Source: Isosphaeraceae bacterium
Lineage (GTDB): Bacteria; Planctomycetota; Planctomycetia; Isosphaerales; Isosphaeraceae
Direction of reading: 5' to 3'
NCBI GenBank assembly: GCA_965201075.1
Contig: CBDAVP010000014.1
Location: 1-64,000, forward strand
Length of the DNA stretch: 64,000 bases
This document shows, one piece after another, positions 60,092-64,000 of this stretch. The notes under the pieces are model-generated. The model worked only from the letters and a program-made list of their open reading frames with translations, was not told the origin of the DNA and searched no databases. A program made the position numbers and the translations under genes. Every line of letters starts with the position of its first letter. Position 1 is the stretch's first letter.

Positions 60092-61888
60092 TCAAGGGGT
60101 AGGCTCGACTCGTTCCGACCCTTCCACGATCCGATATCCCCGGTCTCCGTCCAGGGGCCCGACCGTTTGCACGAAACCCGACGGCCAGCGAACCTCGACT
60201 GATTCGGCGCGGGGATGGGGGCCCAGGCCCACCAGCAGTCGTGGGTCGGCGGCCGAGAGGTAGCCGCCCCCTCCCTTGCGATAGCGAACCAAGGACGTGC
60301 CGTCGGCGAACTTGACCGTGAGCTTCGCACCGATTGCGTCTCGGTTGCCGCGAGCCCCCTGAAGCGAGAGCCTCAGCCAACCGCCCAGGGGCCGAGAATC
60401 GTTGCGCAACAGGGCGAGGGGCTCGCCGCTGTTGGCGATGGCCAGGTCGGTGAGTCCATCGTCATTGAAGTCCCCGGCGGCAATCCCACGACCGACCCGG
60501 GGCATCTGGAAGTAGGGGCCCGCTTGGTCCGAAACGTCGACGAAGCGGCCTCCCCCCGCGTTGCGGTAAATCTGGGCGAGCTGGCGGAAGCGGTTCTTGG
60601 GGTCGTGGAAATCGTCAACGGTTGGGTCGACGTGGCCATTGGCGACGGCGATGTCGAGTCGGCCGTCGCGGTCGGCGTCGAGGAACGCCACCCCAAAGGC
60701 CAGACCGAACCAACTGGGTGGCCCGAGGCCGCTGCCCTGGGTCACGTCCTGGAACAGCCCATCCCCCTCGTTGCGGAAAAACGTGTCGGACTCGCGAGCA
60801 TAGGCCGTCACGTACAGGTCGGGCCGGCCGTCGCCATCGAGGTCGTCGGCGTCCACTCCCATGTACGATTGGGTCCGCCCGTCGGTGTTGACCGACGCCC
60901 CTCCCGAGGGGCCAACCGACGTGAACCGGCCGTCCCCCAGGTTGTGGAACAGAAGGTTCGGCACGCCGTCGTTGGCGACAAAAAGGTCAATCTTGCCGTC
61001 GTCGTCCACGTCCAGGGCGACCACGCCCAACGCCTTGGCCACCGGGGCGTCGACCCCGGCGACACGGCTTGTCTCTTCGAACGTCCCGTCGCCACGGTTC
61101 CGGAACAGCGAGCAGGGCGAGGCGCGAAAGGAACGGGGCGGGCACGAAGCCCGAGTCGTCTTGCCGGGCACCAGGCAAATCGGGTAGTGGTCGAGGTCGA
61201 CCTGCACATAATGGCCGACAAACAGGTCGAGCCAGCCATCGGCGTCGTAGTCGAGGAAGGCGGCGCCCGTGGACCAGTGGGGCCCCGAGCGGCCCGGGAC
61301 CGGCCCGGTCAGGCCGGCGGCTTCACCAACCTCGACGAAGTGGCCGCGATCGTTGCGCAACAGGGCGTTGGGGCGGCCGAAGAAGGTGAGGAACAGGTCG
61401 GGGTCGCCATCGTTGTCGACGTCGCCGACGGCCGCCCCCTGGCCGACGCCCACGAGGCCGGCGCCGGACTCGGCCGTCGCGTCTTGAAATCGGCCACCAC
61501 CCTCGTTGCGAAACAGGCGGCTGGTGGGCGCGGGATCGGGCGGCGGCCCGATCAGGTTGGAGCCCTGGACGGCGAACAGATCGAGCCGGCCGTCGCCGTT
61601 GTAGTCCAACCAGGCCAGGCCGGGTGGGACGGTGTCCATCAAATAGTGCATGTCGGTTCGACCGTCGACGTGCTGGAAGCGCACACCCGACGCCTCGGCG
61701 ACCTCGACGAAGTGGATGCCCGAAGCCGTAGCGGGCGGCTTGGCGGGCGTCACGGTCCGGCCGACGGGAGCACGGGTGAGGGATAAGGGGGTGGTGGCGA
61801 CCCGGGCCCGGGTCAGCCAAAAGGCCGAGGCCCCAGCGACCACGATCGCCAGGCTCGAAGCGGCGACCCAGGGAGGTAAGTTGGTCAT
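60092..61888 (-). CDS. CRTAC1/ASPIC-UnbV FG-GAP repeat protein
   Basis: FG-GAP repeats; NRDAIGA...GGGYLS...VRWPSG. Confidence 0.92.
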   Translation of the reverse strand: MTNLPPWVAASSLAIVVAGASAFWLTRARVATTPLSLTRAPVGRTVTPAKPPATASGIHFVEVAEASGVRFQHVDGRTDMHYLMDTVPPGLAWLDYNGDGRLDLFAVQGSNLIGPPPDPAPTSRLFRNEGGGRFQDATAESGAGLVGVGQGAAVGDVDNDGDPDLFLTFFGRPNALLRNDRGHFVEVGEAAGLTGPVPGRSGPHWSTGAAFLDYDADGWLDLFVGHYVQVDLDHYPICLVPGKTTRASCPPRSFRASPCSLFRNRGDGTFEETSRVAGVDAPVAKALGVVALDVDDDGKIDLFVANDGVPNLLFHNLGDGRFTSVGPSGGASVNTDGRTQSYMGVDADDLDGDGRPDLYVTAYARESDTFFRNEGDGLFQDVTQGSGLGPPSWFGLAFGVAFLDADRDGRLDIAVANGHVDPTVDDFHDPKNRFRQLAQIYRNAGGGRFVDVSDQAGPYFQMPRVGRGIAAGDFNDDGLTDLAIANSGEPLALLRNDSRPLGGWLRLSLQGARGNRDAIGAKLTVKFADGTSLVRYRKGGGGYLSAADPRLLVGLGPHPRAESVEVRWPSGFVQTVGPLDGDRGYRIVEGSERVEPTP

Positions 61889-62075
61889 GACCGGGGCACT
61901 CTCTATTTCCACGGCGGTCGGCCGGCCGAGAGCCGCATGATGGCATGGAAAACATGAAGGGACAAGGAATTTCGCGTCGGACGAACCGGAGAGACATCCG
62001 AGCAACAGGAGACTCTCGCACGCCAATCAAGGTCATCGACACCCGGCCAACTCGTGACGGCAGTCGCGGTCATCC

Positions 62076-62600
62076 TTACCAAATCCGTCGGATCAGCGTC
62101 GTGTCGGTCTGGGAGGGCCCGAGGCCATTCCGGGCCCACTCCAGGTCGAACTGAACCCGGAGCGAAGTGGTGGCAGTGTGCCGCGGGCGCGAGGCGTCCG
62201 GCACTCCGCGCTTCCGGCGGGCCCGGATGATCGCCTGGAGGTCGACCTGCCTGATGGAGCAGGGGGCACGCCGAGCCCCCGGCCTCCCCTTGGCCTTCCG
62301 CGACAACTCCGAGGGCGTGGGTCTCGCGACTCGGGAAGCGGCCCTCTTGGCATGGATGGCCGCCACCGCGTCAGCGGCCGAAAACAGCGAAGTCGAGCGG
62401 TCCGCCTCGAGGAACCCCTCAAGGCCCGGCGGACCCGGTTGACCCGGTCATCGACGGTCCTCCGAGCCAGGCCCGAGCGGACCATCTCGTCGCGGACGGA
62501 AGGCCTTGAGCGACTTGGGCCCGAACTCGTCGGCCCGAGTGCCCTCGGAGGACTTCCGCGGGTGCCGCAGGCCTCGCGGCCGCCCAGGATGACGACGGCC
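62076..62600 (-). pseudogene. Degenerate tyrosine integrase relic
   Basis: Pieces across frames: ADEFGPKSLKA, RDEMVRSGLARRTVDDRVNRVRRA, LFSAADA, QAIIRARRKRGVP..RHTATTSLRVQFDLE..LG..TTLI. Confidence 0.7.
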
Positions 62601-62765
62601 TAGCCGGTAGGCTTGTGAAGGCGAAAAGAGGGGGTTCGCGGAGGCATGGGCTGTGGGTTCCTCCCGAGGAAATCCGGTAGTCTCCCGAATTCCAAGGGCT
62701 TCGAGCCACACGACCGGCCGCGGCGGGCAAGGACAACCACGCTTGGAGAAACCACTTATGTCAAA

Positions 62766-62812
62766 AGCGGGCGATGGGATTCGAACCCACGACGTCCAGC
62801 TTGGGAAGCTGG
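62766..62812 (-). mobile_element. 3' fragment of tRNA-Gly(CCC), att site of an integrated element
   Basis: CCAGC-TTCCCAA-GCTGG ACGTC GTGGGTTCGAATCCCAT CGCCCGCT; no 5' acceptor strand or D-arm upstream; next to an integrase. Confidence 0.85.
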
Positions 62813-62861
62813 CACTGTATTCAGAAACGACTTGTTTTCCAGGATTTACTTCGTTAGCCTG

Positions 62862-62900
62862 ACCGTCACAGCCCCCGAACCGTCACAGAAATCGTCACAG
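62862..62900 (+). repeat. Three 10-bp direct repeats, candidate integrase arm-type sites
   Basis: ACCGTCACAG (62862), ACCGTCACAG (62879), ATCGTCACAG (62891). Confidence 0.7.
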
Positions 62901-62928
62901 ACCCGGGGATGCTCGACGGAGGTCTCCC

Positions 62929-64000
62929 GTGCCCGCCCGCCACGACTTGACCTGGGAACCCGCCACCAAGCGTTGGAAGAAGATTTACAAGGGGAAGGCA
63001 TACACCGTCTCCTGCAGGAAGCTCGGGGTCCTCCCGACCAAGGAGGCGTCCTATCAGGCAGCCAACGTGTGGTGGAGGGAGCGGCTGGCCGAGTTGGAGG
63101 TCCAGGGGCCTCAGCACCCCCACCAGGCCATCCTGGACCACCTGGACAGGCGGATCGACTGGGCACGCCGCCACGGCCTCGAAAGGATCGCCCAGGACGC
63201 CGTGGACGGGAAGTACATGGTCGAGTCCTCATTCGATCATGAGGTCGCTGACGTCATGCCGTTCCTCGAAGCGAACACCGGGGACGTCGAGTCGTGGGCC
63301 GGGGTGATCGGCGACGACACCCCGCAGGACAAGACGGTCTCTGGCCAGGTCAAGGCGTGGCTCGCTTCCCTGGAGGCGAGGGTAGAGGCCGGAGATTTCA
63401 GCCCCGATCACTACGACAACATCATCGACGTAATCGCCAAGTTCGAGGCGTTCTTCGGCGGCCGGCGGCCCATCGGGGAAGTCGACGAGGCCACGCTGGA
63501 GCGATATCACCTCCACCTGCTGGCCAAGATCAAGGAGCGGCGGCGGGACCCGAAAGCCGGGATGGCGCCGGAGTACGCCCGGAAGGTCTTCCGCATCACG
63601 AAGCAGTTCATCAAATACTGCTGGGGGAAGCGGCTGCTCGAATTGCCCCGCAACTTCAACAATAGGTTCTCGTTCGGGGCAGCGGCCAAGGCGGTCCAGA
63701 CCATGGCCATCGAAGAGTTCCGTGGCCTCCACGAGGCCGCCACCGGGCAGACACGGCTGCACCTGCTGCTCATGGCCAACTGTGGCTTCTATCCCGTAGA
63801 TATCTCAGACCTTCGGGACGATGAGGTCGATTGGGTGAAGGGTAGGATCATCCGAAAGAGGTCGAAGACGGCCGAGCATGAGGATGTCCCGACGGTTGAC
63901 TTCAAGCTCTGGCCCGAGACGTTCGACCTCCTGAAGAGGTACAGGAGCGGGGCCGAGCGGGCGCTGCTCACGAAGACCGGGCAACCCTGGGTGCATAACC
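62929..64000 (+). CDS. Tyrosine recombinase/integrase, partial (runs off the right edge)
   Basis: Own translation from GTG with GGAGG RBS: VPARHDLTWEPATKRWKKIYKGK...LLLMANCGFYPVDISDL...RIIRKRSKT...LWPET; absent from the ORF track because it has no stop. Confidence 0.85.
   Translation, partial: MPARHDLTWEPATKRWKKIYKGKAYTVSCRKLGVLPTKEASYQAANVWWRERLAELEVQGPQHPHQAILDHLDRRIDWARRHGLERIAQDAVDGKYMVESSFDHEVADVMPFLEANTGDVESWAGVIGDDTPQDKTVSGQVKAWLASLEARVEAGDFSPDHYDNIIDVIAKFEAFFGGRRPIGEVDEATLERYHLHLLAKIKERRRDPKAGMAPEYARKVFRITKQFIKYCWGKRLLELPRNFNNRFSFGAAAKAVQTMAIEEFRGLHEAATGQTRLHLLLMANCGFYPVDISDLRDDEVDWVKGRIIRKRSKTAEHEDVPTVDFKLWPETFDLLKRYRSGAERALLTKTGQPWVHN

Noticed and set aside
62766..62840. Intact tRNA-Gly gene
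   Set aside because: 5' acceptor strand and D-arm are missing; treated as an att fragment

Overview
GC-rich planctomycete chromosomal window; the gene families (PEP-CTERM, DUF1559, CRTAC1/ASPIC-UnbV, planctomycete extracellular N-terminal motif) suggest Isosphaeraceae. Housekeeping anchors are ccsA-hemA, thrS and tRNA-Leu(CAA). The most notable locus (8.7-18.9 kb) is a polymorphic toxin system of unusual build. Its 1591-aa toxin has a planctomycete export motif, a ~930-aa Ala-rich stalk with 11-residue periodicity that looks like a symmetric helical hairpin with an AT-rich tip, a Hint domain split by a ~187-aa two-transmembrane insertion, and an ADP-ribosyltransferase-like tip. It is followed by small putative immunity genes, several preceded by orphan toxin-tip remnants and palindromic elements, and the array is bracketed by a duplicated gene. 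Other content: an 8-gene radical SAM/Ycf46-AAA/DUF1257/DUF2997/S26-like/TPR/PilT operon; a membrane TIR protein; two glycosyltransferases facing a ~3100-aa Gly-rich surface protein; a metallophosphoesterase/PLD-pseudogene/DUF2278 cluster; a CRTAC1-TPR-DUF1559 cluster; and, at the right edge, a tRNA-Gly att fragment with an integrase plus an older integrase relic. All assignments come from motif recognition by eye; no searches were run.
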